This document shows positions 50,859 to 59,821 of a stretch of DNA of 64,000 nucleotides, piece by piece. The notes under the pieces are model-generated. The model searched no databases. It had not been told where the DNA came from and saw only the letters and a list, made by a program, of their open reading frames with translations. Source of the stretch: Promethearchaeota archaeon (GTDB lineage Archaea; Asgardarchaeota; Lokiarchaeia; Sigyniarchaeales; SOKP01); contig JBHLOC010000026.1 of NCBI GenBank assembly GCA_048940925.1, forward strand, positions 1 to 64,000. Reading direction: 5' to 3'. The translations under genes and the position numbers were made by a program. Positions within the stretch are counted from its first letter, which is position 1; every line of letters begins with the position of its first letter.

Positions 50859-50989
50859 TATCAATAATTAAAGAAATTAAAAACTTATAAATTTAACCTA
50901 TTTAAAACTAAACGATTAGAGAATTTAAACTTAAGAGGTGGATAAATATTCAAGATAGAGATATTCCAGATATTGATCTAAAGGAAACG

Positions 50990-51820
50990 ATGAAACAAGG
51001 GAAAAAAGAACAAATGGACAAATTGACGGTAAGCATCGAAAAAAATATGCAAAAAATTAAACACAAACTTGTTATCATATCTGGTAAAGGTGGCGTAGGA
51101 AAAACTACTGTAGCAGTAAACTTAGCTACTAATTTAGCTAGTTATGGATTTCGCGTTGGAATCTTAGATGTTGATATTACAGGTCCGAATGTATCTAAAA
51201 TGTTAGGAATCAGTCCAGATATGCGACCACGTGTCGATCCTGATGAGAGGAAGTTTTATCCGCTTAATGGCCCATTAAATATTAAAGTAATGAGTATGGC
51301 ATTTCTGACCGACAATCCAGATTCACCCGTTATTTGGAGGGGACCCATGAAAATGGGTGCTGTCAGGCAATTTTTAGGGGATGCCATTTGGGGTGAACTT
51401 GATTATTTAGTATGTGATTTACCACCAGGAACTTCAGATGAGACATTAGATATTCTACAGTTGATTCCGGATGAGAATGTAATAGTGGTATCGACACCTC
51501 AAGAAGTTGCGCTTATGGATGCTCGAAAGACGATAAGAATGGCTCAGATCATGAAAAGAAATGTACTTGGGATTATTGAGAATATGTCGGGCTTTAATTG
51601 CCCGCATTGTGGAAAATATATCGATCTGTACCCTCCAGGAGGCGCACAAAAAGCAGCAAAAGATTTTGGAGTTAGACTTTTAGGGCAAATCCCTTTTGAA
51701 ATTGAAGTAGGCCAACAGGGTGATAAAGGTCTACCATTTGTAGTAAAATATCCTGATAGTAGCTCCGCTAAAGCTTTTAAGGAAAGTGTTAAAAAAATTA
51801 GAGAATTATTAGAAAAGTAG
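50990..51820 (+). CDS. mrp: Mrp/NBP35 Fe-S carrier ATPase
   Basis: SGKGGVGKTT, WRGPMK, DLPPGTSD, ENMS.F.CPHC. Confidence 0.95.
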   Translation: MKQGKKEQMDKLTVSIEKNMQKIKHKLVIISGKGGVGKTTVAVNLATNLASYGFRVGILDVDITGPNVSKMLGISPDMRPRVDPDERKFYPLNGPLNIKVMSMAFLTDNPDSPVIWRGPMKMGAVRQFLGDAIWGELDYLVCDLPPGTSDETLDILQLIPDENVIVVSTPQEVALMDARKTIRMAQIMKRNVLGIIENMSGFNCPHCGKYIDLYPPGGAQKAAKDFGVRLLGQIPFEIEVGQQGDKGLPFVVKYPDSSSAKAFKESVKKIRELLEK

Positions 51821-51821
51821 T

Positions 51822-52277
51822 ATGCCAAAGGATAATATAGATAGATGGGTAGAGGAACTCCAAAAGGAAATAAATAAAGAAACAATTGAACAATATAATG
51901 AATATATTTTTGAATTAATACAAAATCCAAAGAACTGGGGTAAACCAAAAAGTTCTGAAATAAGTGTGTGGCATGCATATGAAGGTTCATGCGGTGATAC
52001 AATGCAGTTTTTTTTAAAAATTGAGAATGATATAATTAAAAAGGCTAACTTCATAACTGATGGTTGTGGGGCTACAGTTGCAGCGGGAAGTCAAACAACA
52101 ATGATGATAGAAGGAAAATCGCTGCAATTTGCTGAAAATATACAACCGAATGAAATTGATGAAGCGATTGGCGGTTTACCTGAGGATCATAAACATTGTG
52201 TTGAATTAGCAGCAACAACTTTAAGAAAAGCAATTGAGAAATACAAGTACCAAAGTCAAGAAAAAGAATTTCCATAG
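51822..52277 (+). CDS. IscU/NifU-like Fe-S scaffold
   Basis: NPKNWG, SCGDTM, TDGC, LPEDH.HC. Confidence 0.9.
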   Translation: MPKDNIDRWVEELQKEINKETIEQYNEYIFELIQNPKNWGKPKSSEISVWHAYEGSCGDTMQFFLKIENDIIKKANFITDGCGATVAAGSQTTMMIEGKSLQFAENIQPNEIDEAIGGLPEDHKHCVELAATTLRKAIEKYKYQSQEKEFP

Positions 52278-52282
52278 AAAAT

Positions 52283-53218
52283 ATGAAATATGTATATGGG
52301 CCAGTACCGAGTAGGAGATTAGGAAAATCATTAGGTATTGATCCAATTCCTTCTAAAACATGCAATTATCAATGTATATATTGTCAGCTAGGAAAAACAA
52401 CTAATTTCACTAATACAAGGAAAAATTATTATCCCAAAGAAGAAATTTCCCGTGAAATTGAAGATGCAATTGAATTAAATAAAAATAAATTTGATTATAT
52501 CACCTTTGTAGGTAGTGGCGAACCTACATTATATAAAGATTTGAAAGATTTAATTTTAAAGGCTAAGCAATGCACGAAAAAACCAATTTGTGTAATTACA
52601 AACGGAAGTTTATTGTATAATACCGATGTCAGCAATACTTTAATGTTAGCAGATGTTGTATTACCCAGCTTAGATGCTGGAGATGAAAAATCATTCATAA
52701 AAATAAATCGACCTCATCCTGCTCTAAAATATGATGAAATAATCCAGGGATTTTTAGACTTTAAGAAAAATTTTAGTGGTAAATTCTGGGTAGAAGTAAT
52801 GTTAATGAAAGGGATTAATGATACAAGTGAGGAATTACTAAAAATTAAAGAAATATTAGACTTAATAAAACCTGATAGAATTGATATTAATGTTCCTATA
52901 AGACCTCCTACAGTAGAGTGGGTTAAAATTCCGAGTAAGAATATAATTCCGATTTTAAATGAGATTTTTGATGATTATAAAAATATTAATTTTCCGGAGC
53001 AAGGTAAATTCATTACCTATTCCTTTGATTTTGAACACGAAATACTCTCAATACTAGAGAGACATCCTATGAGACAAAGTCAAATTATCGAAACTTTTTC
53101 CTCTTTTAATTTTAATAAGGATAAGATTAAAGAACAGTTAAAAAAGCTTAAAGCTCAAAACAAAATTAAAGTGACACTCTATAATAATCAAATATTTTGG
53201 AAATTGAATACAGATTAG
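52283..53218 (+). CDS. Radical SAM protein (TYW1-like superfamily member)
   Basis: YGPVPSRRLG.SLGID, CNYQCIYC, GSGEPTLY. Confidence 0.9.
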   Translation: MKYVYGPVPSRRLGKSLGIDPIPSKTCNYQCIYCQLGKTTNFTNTRKNYYPKEEISREIEDAIELNKNKFDYITFVGSGEPTLYKDLKDLILKAKQCTKKPICVITNGSLLYNTDVSNTLMLADVVLPSLDAGDEKSFIKINRPHPALKYDEIIQGFLDFKKNFSGKFWVEVMLMKGINDTSEELLKIKEILDLIKPDRIDINVPIRPPTVEWVKIPSKNIIPILNEIFDDYKNINFPEQGKFITYSFDFEHEILSILERHPMRQSQIIETFSSFNFNKDKIKEQLKKLKAQNKIKVTLYNNQIFWKLNTD

Positions 53219-53250
53219 GTATTCCATTCAAAATTTAAAGTATAATTTTA

Positions 53251-53631
53251 CTAATTTTCGAGAAGTAGATTTTCTAATGCAGTTGATACTTCAGGAGTTA
53301 GGTGATGCTCAATTTCACATGATAATTTTTTTATCAATTCGTTATTCTCTAATTTTAGCACATTACTAAAAAAATCACATAAATTCTGAAAGGTTCGAAA
53401 TATATCCTGAGCAATTTTTTTTCCTTTTTTAGTTAATCTCAAAGATTTTCTTGGTTTCCAAACTATTAGTTCTTTTGCTTTCAATTTATATAACATGTTA
53501 GTTACCGAGGGGGGTTTAACCTTTAACAATTCTGAAATTTCTGAGTTTGAGACCCAACCTCCTTTATTATGTTTTGAAATTAAGTATATTGCCTTTAAAT
53601 AATCTTCATAACTCTCATTTACTTTTGTCAT
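53251..53631 (-). CDS. DtxR/MntR metal-dependent transcriptional regulator
   Basis: EDYLKAIY, V.PPSVT.ML.KL, LT.KG, CEIEHHL. Confidence 0.92.
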   Translation of the reverse strand: MTKVNESYEDYLKAIYLISKHNKGGWVSNSEISELLKVKPPSVTNMLYKLKAKELIVWKPRKSLRLTKKGKKIAQDIFRTFQNLCDFFSNVLKLENNELIKKLSCEIEHHLTPEVSTALENLLLEN

Positions 53632-53672
53632 CTTAATCTTGTCCTTTAAAGAATGATAAAATTAAAAAAAAA

Positions 53673-54041
53673 TTATTCTTCTTTTTCCAATTCAGTTATC
53701 CTTTTAGCGATGTCGTCCAATGCGCTTTTAATACCATTCATTTCGGATTCTAGATAGGTTTTCTCTTGCTTTAACATGGACAATTGATTTTCTTGACTAA
53801 TTTGTGGTACGACTCCTGGTGTATATGGCGCATAAAAAGGGGTTCTATAACCCCAACCCCAACCTCTTCCATATCCTAAACCTCTACCACGACCCCAGCC
53901 TCTACCACGACCCCAACCTCCACCAAATCCCATCCCAGGACCTTTTGTAAACCCGGGTGTATCATAACCAGCACAGTATCCTAATGCTCTCCCAGTCATT
54001 GGACCTAATCCTCGAGGTCCAGTTCTATCTCCACCTGGCAT
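53673..54041 (-). CDS. DUF5320-type Gly/Arg-rich protein with C-terminal coiled coil
   Basis: MPGGDRTGP.G.GPMTGR..G.C; GRGRGWG repeats; coiled-coil tail. Confidence 0.85.
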   Translation of the reverse strand: MPGGDRTGPRGLGPMTGRALGYCAGYDTPGFTKGPGMGFGGGWGRGRGWGRGRGLGYGRGWGWGYRTPFYAPYTPGVVPQISQENQLSMLKQEKTYLESEMNGIKSALDDIAKRITELEKEE

Positions 54042-54074
54042 CTTAATTTTTTCACCTCTTATGCATTAATTTTT

Positions 54075-54090
54075 ATGAATGATTATTCAT
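54075..54090. promoter_or_regulatory. Operator type 1 (ATGAATGATTATTCAT); second site ATGAATATATATTCAA at 54137..54152
   Basis: Upstream of the DUF5320-dtxR genes; the distal site is 5 nt from TTAAATAT on the minus strand. Confidence 0.75.
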
Positions 54091-54330
54091 TTATATTTTC
54101 CTATTATAATAATAATTAACTACATATTTAAATATTATGAATATATATTCAAAATAGATTTTATTAAATATTTCATTAAAAATAAATCAAGTCTTATAAA
54201 TAACTATATTTGCAAAATCAGCTGTTTTATAATTAATATAGAAATAAATAATATATCTACATCATTTCAATTTGAAATTTTTATTTAACATATAAAATCA
54301 TTTGATAGAAATGTAGGAATATTTTTTATA

Positions 54331-54344
54331 TTAGGTGTAACTAA
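54331..54344. promoter_or_regulatory. Putative DtxR-type box upstream of feoA
   Basis: TTAGGTGTAACTAA; related TTAGGCATAACAAA (minus strand, 55132..55145) precedes the second feoA. Confidence 0.4.
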
Positions 54345-54423
54345 TATTATTTAGCAAAAAAATCACAAATGATCTTTATATATTTTAAACTTCAAAAATT
54401 GCTAAATAAGGAAAGAAAGTCTC

Positions 54424-54705
54424 ATGGACTCGGAATTTGGGGAATACATCCCAAAATATGATAAAAAAAAATCAATTTTAAAAACTTTGATTGAATGCCC
54501 TATAGGGATAAAATTCAAAGTACAAAGAGTTAATGCAGGTTATCATGCTAAGGGAAGACTTGCTTGTTTAGGTGTTATTCCCGGAGTTGAAATAATGAAA
54601 AAAAAGACTGCTCCCTTTCGAGGACCTATTGAAGTTCTCGTTAAAGGAACCTTATTAGTGATTGGAAGAGGATTAGCATCTAAAATAGTTGTAAATGATT
54701 TATAA
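54424..54705 (+). CDS. feoA: Ferrous iron transport protein A
   Basis: RLA.LG..PG.......APF.GP....V.G....IGRGLA.KI. Confidence 0.9.
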   Translation: MDSEFGEYIPKYDKKKSILKTLIECPIGIKFKVQRVNAGYHAKGRLACLGVIPGVEIMKKKTAPFRGPIEVLVKGTLLVIGRGLASKIVVNDL

Positions 54706-54897
54706 GTCAGAATAATTAAACTTATTCTAATTTTTTTTTAATATATCTCAAATGGTTGATACTCCATGAATTTAATCTAAGAAAAACTAATTTTTATTTA
54801 ATTGAGATTAGCTTTCATTTCTAAAATATAAAACCAAGATTTATTAGAAAATAGATTATGTTAAGTATCTAAAAGAATATTAAGGTGGGAATAAGTA

Positions 54898-54981
54898 GAC
54901 TTCATAAATGGAGCAAAAACCGTTGGAGTTGCGATTTTGAAGGATTTTATTTTAGAAGCAGATGCGATTCAATGGTTTTGA
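54898..54981 (+). pseudogene. C-terminal remnant of a DsrE/DsrF-like protein
   Basis: DFINGAKTVGVAILKDFILEADAIQWF* with no intact upstream frame. Confidence 0.4.
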
Positions 54982-55258
54982 AATCTTTATCTTAATATTT
55001 TTAGGAAAAGTATCTAATATGTGAGATATATTAGTTATCTCCAATCTAAATATCAAATATTTAAATTTTAGTTTCATTCTTCTATAAAATCTTAAAATAT
55101 ATTAATGATATTTATAATAATATTTTTATAATTTGTTATGCCTAAATTTATATTTAATTGTTACTTTTTATTATTAAAAGACTCTTTTTATCTGGTGAAT
55201 AAGAATAATAAACTCGATAACTGTTGACCGAAAGGATGAAAAATATCAACAAACATCT

Positions 55259-55504
55259 TTGATTAGATGTTTAACGGAATGTAAAAAAGGAGAAATGGTT
55301 CATGTCGTAAGTGTTAATGCTGGTTTTAAAGCTAAAAAGCGTCTTGCTAACTTAGGAATTTTACCTGGAGTGAAAATTATTAAAAAAGAATCCGCTCCAT
55401 TAAAAGGACCATTAGAAATAAAAGTAAAAGGAACATCCATAGTGATTGGGAGAGGTCTAGCCTCTAAAATCTTAGTTAAATGTAATGAAAGATGTGAATT
55501 TTAA
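55259..55504 (+). CDS. feoA: Ferrous iron transport protein A (second copy)
   Basis: KRLANLGILPG...APLKGP...KG....IGRGLA.KI. Confidence 0.9.
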   Translation: MIRCLTECKKGEMVHVVSVNAGFKAKKRLANLGILPGVKIIKKESAPLKGPLEIKVKGTSIVIGRGLASKILVKCNERCEF

Positions 55505-55575
55505 TCCATTAGAAGATTTAATATTGGTTATTTTAAAAGATAATTAATATAATAGAAGTTTATGGATACTAAATC

Positions 55576-57729
55576 ATGAGTTGTCATTTACCCAAGACAC
55601 CAAAGCAGAAAAATAAACATGAATATAAGGATACAATTAATATAGCATTAGCTGGTAATCCAAATGTAGGTAAATCAGTGATATTCAATCAGTTGACAGG
55701 GCTGTCACAAACTATTGGAAATTGGCCAGGAAAAACAGTTGAAAAAATGGAAGGGTATATGGATTTTCTTGATTATCATTTTAATATTGTTGATCTTCCG
55801 GGTATATATTCACTATCAACTTATAGTATTGAAGAAATAGTAAGTAGAGAGTATATAGTTTCTGAAGAAGTTGATTTAATAATAAATGTTATTGATGCTA
55901 CAAACTTAGAACGAAATTTATTTTTCACATTTCAACTTTTAGAGTTAAATGTTCCAATGATTCTTGCTATAAATCAAATGGATATTTTACGTAAGAGAAA
56001 TATGGATATAGATATCAAGAAACTAGAAAAAATATTCAAACTCCCAGTTCTCCCCCTAGTTGCCATCCATGGAGTTGGTGTTCATCAACTTCTTGAAGAA
56101 GCAATAGAAATGGTAGCCTATCGTCATCCTCATTTACATCACGATGAAAGTATAAATGAGAAATATAAGCATCATTCACACAGCTATTCTCGGAAACATC
56201 ATGTGCATAAAAAGGTGAAATCATGGCCACTTTTAAAAAATGAATTCGAATTTCCTGATTTATCTGCTATTCTCACTTTTGGTAAAGAAGTGGAAATAAG
56301 AATCAATGAAATTATAGCAAATATTCAAGATAGTCAATTCATTATAGCTAATTCTTACTATCCTTTAAGATTTATAGCAATTAAACTTCTAGAAAATGAT
56401 GAAGAAATTAAAAAGTTGATTATAAACCATGAACAAACCTCAAAAATAATTTCGGTGGCTGATAACTTACGAAATGAGCTTGAAGAGATACATGGGGAAG
56501 ATGTAAGTACGATAATCTCTTCAGAAATATATAATAATATTAATAAAATAATACAACAGGTTTTAGTTGTAAAACCTAAAGAGCAATCTAAGAAAGTGTC
56601 TATAGCTGACAAACTTGATCATCTTACCACTCACTCTATTTGGGGTTATGTAATCTTAATCTTGATTATTATCGGTATTTATATGTTCACATTTTCAATT
56701 GGTGGTTTCTTTGGTGGGCTTATAGAAGACTTTTATGGATTTCTAAGTGATAAAATATATCACATTTTTGGTCAAGATGATTTAGGGGTTAAGATTTTTT
56801 GGGATGGAGGTATGGGAGGATTTGTTGGAGCAGTTGGAGGTGTTTTAGTTTATGTTATTCCTTTTTTCTTAGTAATTGAAATATTACAAGATTCCGGCTA
56901 TTTACCAAGAGCAGCATTTTTAATGGATAGGGTCATGCATTCCCTAGGCGTTCACGGTAAAACAATTATTCCAATGATATTAGGTTTCGGTTGCAACGTA
57001 CCAGCTTGTGCAGGTTGTAGGATAATGGAAACCCAAAGAGAAAAAAAGATATCTATTGCCTTAACTTCCCTTATACCTTGTGCTGCAGTAATGACAGTAG
57101 TAATGGGATTAGTGGGGCGATATTTGGGCTTAGGATGGGTGTTTATTCTCTTTATTATAAATTTTTCAGTTATTTTAATCGTAGGTAAGATTTTAAATAG
57201 ATTAATGCCAGGGCAATGTACAGAATTAATTATGGAAATGCACGATTATCGTATTCCGAATTATTCTGTAATTTTGAAGCAAACATGGATAAGGAGTAAA
57301 GAATTCATTTATAAAGCAATGCCAATTATAATTGTTACTGGAATTCTGCTGGAGATTTTATTTTTATTTCGAATATTAGATCCAATAAATATCCTTATTT
57401 CACCAATAACAGTTTATTGGTTAGGATTACCACTTATTACTGGAATCTTTTTAATTTATGGAATTCTAAGGAAAGAATTAACATTAGTTCTTTTAGCTTT
57501 ATTAGCGAATTCTATGAACTTACCTCTATTGGAATTGTTAAGTCCAATTCAAATGATTATTTTTAGTCTGGTGACCATGCTTTATATCCCATGTTTTGCT
57601 ACAGTCGTTTTAATAGCTAAGGAAACTAATTGGAAGTATGCTTTACAAATCGCTCTTCTTGAAATAGGGTTGGCACTTATGATTGGGGGAATAATTAATT
57701 GGGGATTTATTCTTTTTTCTAGTTTATAA
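55576..57729 (+). CDS. feoB: Ferrous iron transport protein B with His-rich insert
   Basis: GNPNVGKS, GNWPGKTVE, DLPGIYSL, EDSGY-like QDSGYLPRAAF, GFGCNVPA, LYIPC. Confidence 0.95.
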   Translation: MSCHLPKTPKQKNKHEYKDTINIALAGNPNVGKSVIFNQLTGLSQTIGNWPGKTVEKMEGYMDFLDYHFNIVDLPGIYSLSTYSIEEIVSREYIVSEEVDLIINVIDATNLERNLFFTFQLLELNVPMILAINQMDILRKRNMDIDIKKLEKIFKLPVLPLVAIHGVGVHQLLEEAIEMVAYRHPHLHHDESINEKYKHHSHSYSRKHHVHKKVKSWPLLKNEFEFPDLSAILTFGKEVEIRINEIIANIQDSQFIIANSYYPLRFIAIKLLENDEEIKKLIINHEQTSKIISVADNLRNELEEIHGEDVSTIISSEIYNNINKIIQQVLVVKPKEQSKKVSIADKLDHLTTHSIWGYVILILIIIGIYMFTFSIGGFFGGLIEDFYGFLSDKIYHIFGQDDLGVKIFWDGGMGGFVGAVGGVLVYVIPFFLVIEILQDSGYLPRAAFLMDRVMHSLGVHGKTIIPMILGFGCNVPACAGCRIMETQREKKISIALTSLIPCAAVMTVVMGLVGRYLGLGWVFILFIINFSVILIVGKILNRLMPGQCTELIMEMHDYRIPNYSVILKQTWIRSKEFIYKAMPIIIVTGILLEILFLFRILDPINILISPITVYWLGLPLITGIFLIYGILRKELTLVLLALLANSMNLPLLELLSPIQMIIFSLVTMLYIPCFATVVLIAKETNWKYALQIALLEIGLALMIGGIINWGFILFSSL

Positions 57730-57831
57730 ATATAAACAAGTGATAAAAAAAAGAATTTAATTGGTTAATTTTTATAATAATTTAATTATACTGACTCTCT
57801 CCTATAATTTATTTGAATTATTTTTCCTTGT

Positions 57832-58440
57832 TTAAAATAAAACATCAAAAAATTCCATATTCTTTACGTTCTTGAGATTATTTTGAAAATAAATCGTTTT
57901 TAATTCTTCTAAAGTCTCTGATTTAAGCTTATCTAAGTGATTATAAAATTTTTCCTTTAATTGGTGGATTTCTTCTTTGAATAATTTGATTGAGTTATAC
58001 ACTTTATAAGATCTATTGATTGAAAAAATCTATTCTCTTTTTTCTAACGTCTCAATAGCATTTTTATTCTTATATTGGCTTTTTTTCATAATAGAACTTA
58101 AAATAGGTAAATCAGCATTTTCTAAAGAAAGGAGGGTGGCATACACTTGTATCTCAAGTTCGAAAACGTTGAATAACTGCATTGCAGAAATAATTTTCTC
58201 ATTTAAATGTATTACTTTTGATTTCTTTCTTAAAGAAGCATTTGTGATTTTTTCAAAATTTATTTGATTATTAATTATAATTTCCCTAGAAGCTAAAACA
58301 TCATTAAATACGTTTCTACCAATATTAGAACGAATTATTACACTATTCCAGCCGCTTTCAGAAGCGCTAACGCTTCTTATAGGGATATCTGAAAATTCAG
58401 CAATAAATTAAGGCATATAAATGATCTTTTTGCACATATC
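57832..58440 (-). pseudogene. Remnant of a FrhB C-terminal domain fused to a TrmB-like HTH
   Basis: AEFSDI...GWNSVIIRSNIG (FrhB C-term), then FELEIQVYATLLSL...LSS....AIETLEKRE* (TrmB-like); in-frame TAG at 58030-58032 and a frameshift near 58408. Confidence 0.6.
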
Positions 58441-58509
58441 AGTATTTGAATAATGTCATTATCTCTATTAAATTTGAATTAAGACTAATGATGCTTTATA
58501 TTGCTAAAA

Positions 58510-59814
58510 TTAATGTGTAGCACATGATATGCAAGGATCAAATGCCCTAATAATAGTTTGAATTTGTTTTTTTACTAATGTTATGTCCCCTGTTTTTTCA
58601 TATAATTTTTGAGCATATTTAGTAATCATTTCATTAATAAGTGGAATATTTATTTCAGTCGCAATAAAAAGTTTCAATTTAATTATTAAGCCGTTATTAT
58701 CAACATAATAATGATGCATAAGAATTCCTCTTGGAGCTTCAACAAATCCGATACCCTCTGGATTTTTTATAGAACTTAAGATAGGAAATTTCTGCTTTAT
58801 AGATAATGAAGGATTATCTAAAATTTTTAATGCTTGTTCTGTTTCAACTAACATTTCTAATAACTTAAGAAACTCAGAGAATAGAATATTATTTATCCAA
58901 GATTTATCAAAATTCTCAAGATACGAGGAAACTTTATCATTTCCATATGTTTCAATGATTTTAAACCTTGCAAGTGGACCCGTTAATACATTTTTTTTTT
59001 TATTAAAATGAAAATCTATCCCCCGTAAATCAGTATCCTTATCAAAATAAAGAGAATAAGATTTTTCTTGGAATTCAATTGCTTTTCTTTCCGATTCCGT
59101 GATTTTAAAAATACCAGAATATCTATCATAAATTCCAAGATTATTTATTCCAATATAAATTGGATTTGGAAGTGAATATTCATCTGGTGGAATTGAATTA
59201 GAAAAATACTCAATAAAGGATTCAATAATCATTTCTAAATTAATTGAAGCTTTTTGCATATATTTTTGGGCTATAGTAATATTCTTTCGGGAAGGTGAAT
59301 AAATCACCCCACCTGGAACCGGAGAAATCAAATGTGCAGATCTCCCACCAAATAAGAATTCAATCTCATTTCCAAATTTAATTAATTCAAACAGGCTAGT
59401 TGTTAATTGTGGATTGAAATTAATTAAATCATATTGCGAAATAGGTTTTTGGTTAATATTAAAAATGGTTAGAAGATCTGGTAATGATTGAAAGAAAAAA
59501 TGCATACAATGCGATTTAATTAACTCTCCACATAACAATAGACGTCTTAAAAGAATTGATTGATCACTAATTTCTACATCGTATAAATTTTCAATTGCTT
59601 TACAACTGGTGATCGCTTGTGACGCATAACATAAACCACATATTCGAGATATTAATTTTGGCATATCAAGTAATCTTTTACCTATTAAAAATTTTTCAAA
59701 TCCGCGATATGCTGAAATCTCGAAATCAACATTTGAAACATTGTCATCTTGAAATAATATATTTATATTTCCATGCCCCTCAACACGGGTACAAACTTCC
59801 ACTGTTTTCAGCAT
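58510..59814 (-). CDS. Group 3 [NiFe]-hydrogenase large subunit (MvhA-like), no C-terminal extension
   Basis: TRVEGHG, RICGLC, GPLAR, EAPRG.L.H, DPCISCATH*. Confidence 0.9.
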   Translation of the reverse strand: MLKTVEVCTRVEGHGNINILFQDDNVSNVDFEISAYRGFEKFLIGKRLLDMPKLISRICGLCYASQAITSCKAIENLYDVEISDQSILLRRLLLCGELIKSHCMHFFFQSLPDLLTIFNINQKPISQYDLINFNPQLTTSLFELIKFGNEIEFLFGGRSAHLISPVPGGVIYSPSRKNITIAQKYMQKASINLEMIIESFIEYFSNSIPPDEYSLPNPIYIGINNLGIYDRYSGIFKITESERKAIEFQEKSYSLYFDKDTDLRGIDFHFNKKKNVLTGPLARFKIIETYGNDKVSSYLENFDKSWINNILFSEFLKLLEMLVETEQALKILDNPSLSIKQKFPILSSIKNPEGIGFVEAPRGILMHHYYVDNNGLIIKLKLFIATEINIPLINEMITKYAQKLYEKTGDITLVKKQIQTIIRAFDPCISCATH

Positions 59815-59821
59815 AATAATA

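Noticed and set aside
36838-52277. Nitrogen fixation inferred from NifB/NifX and NifU-like genes
   Set aside because: No nifHDK/EN in the window; these families are common in non-diazotrophic anaerobes
54079-54288. 69-aa Ile/Asn-rich ORF
   Set aside because: AT-rich promoter DNA overlapping the palindromic operators
58030-58032. In-frame TAG as pyrrolysine/readthrough
   Set aside because: The same frame also has a frameshift and no start; TGG-to-TAG decay is simpler
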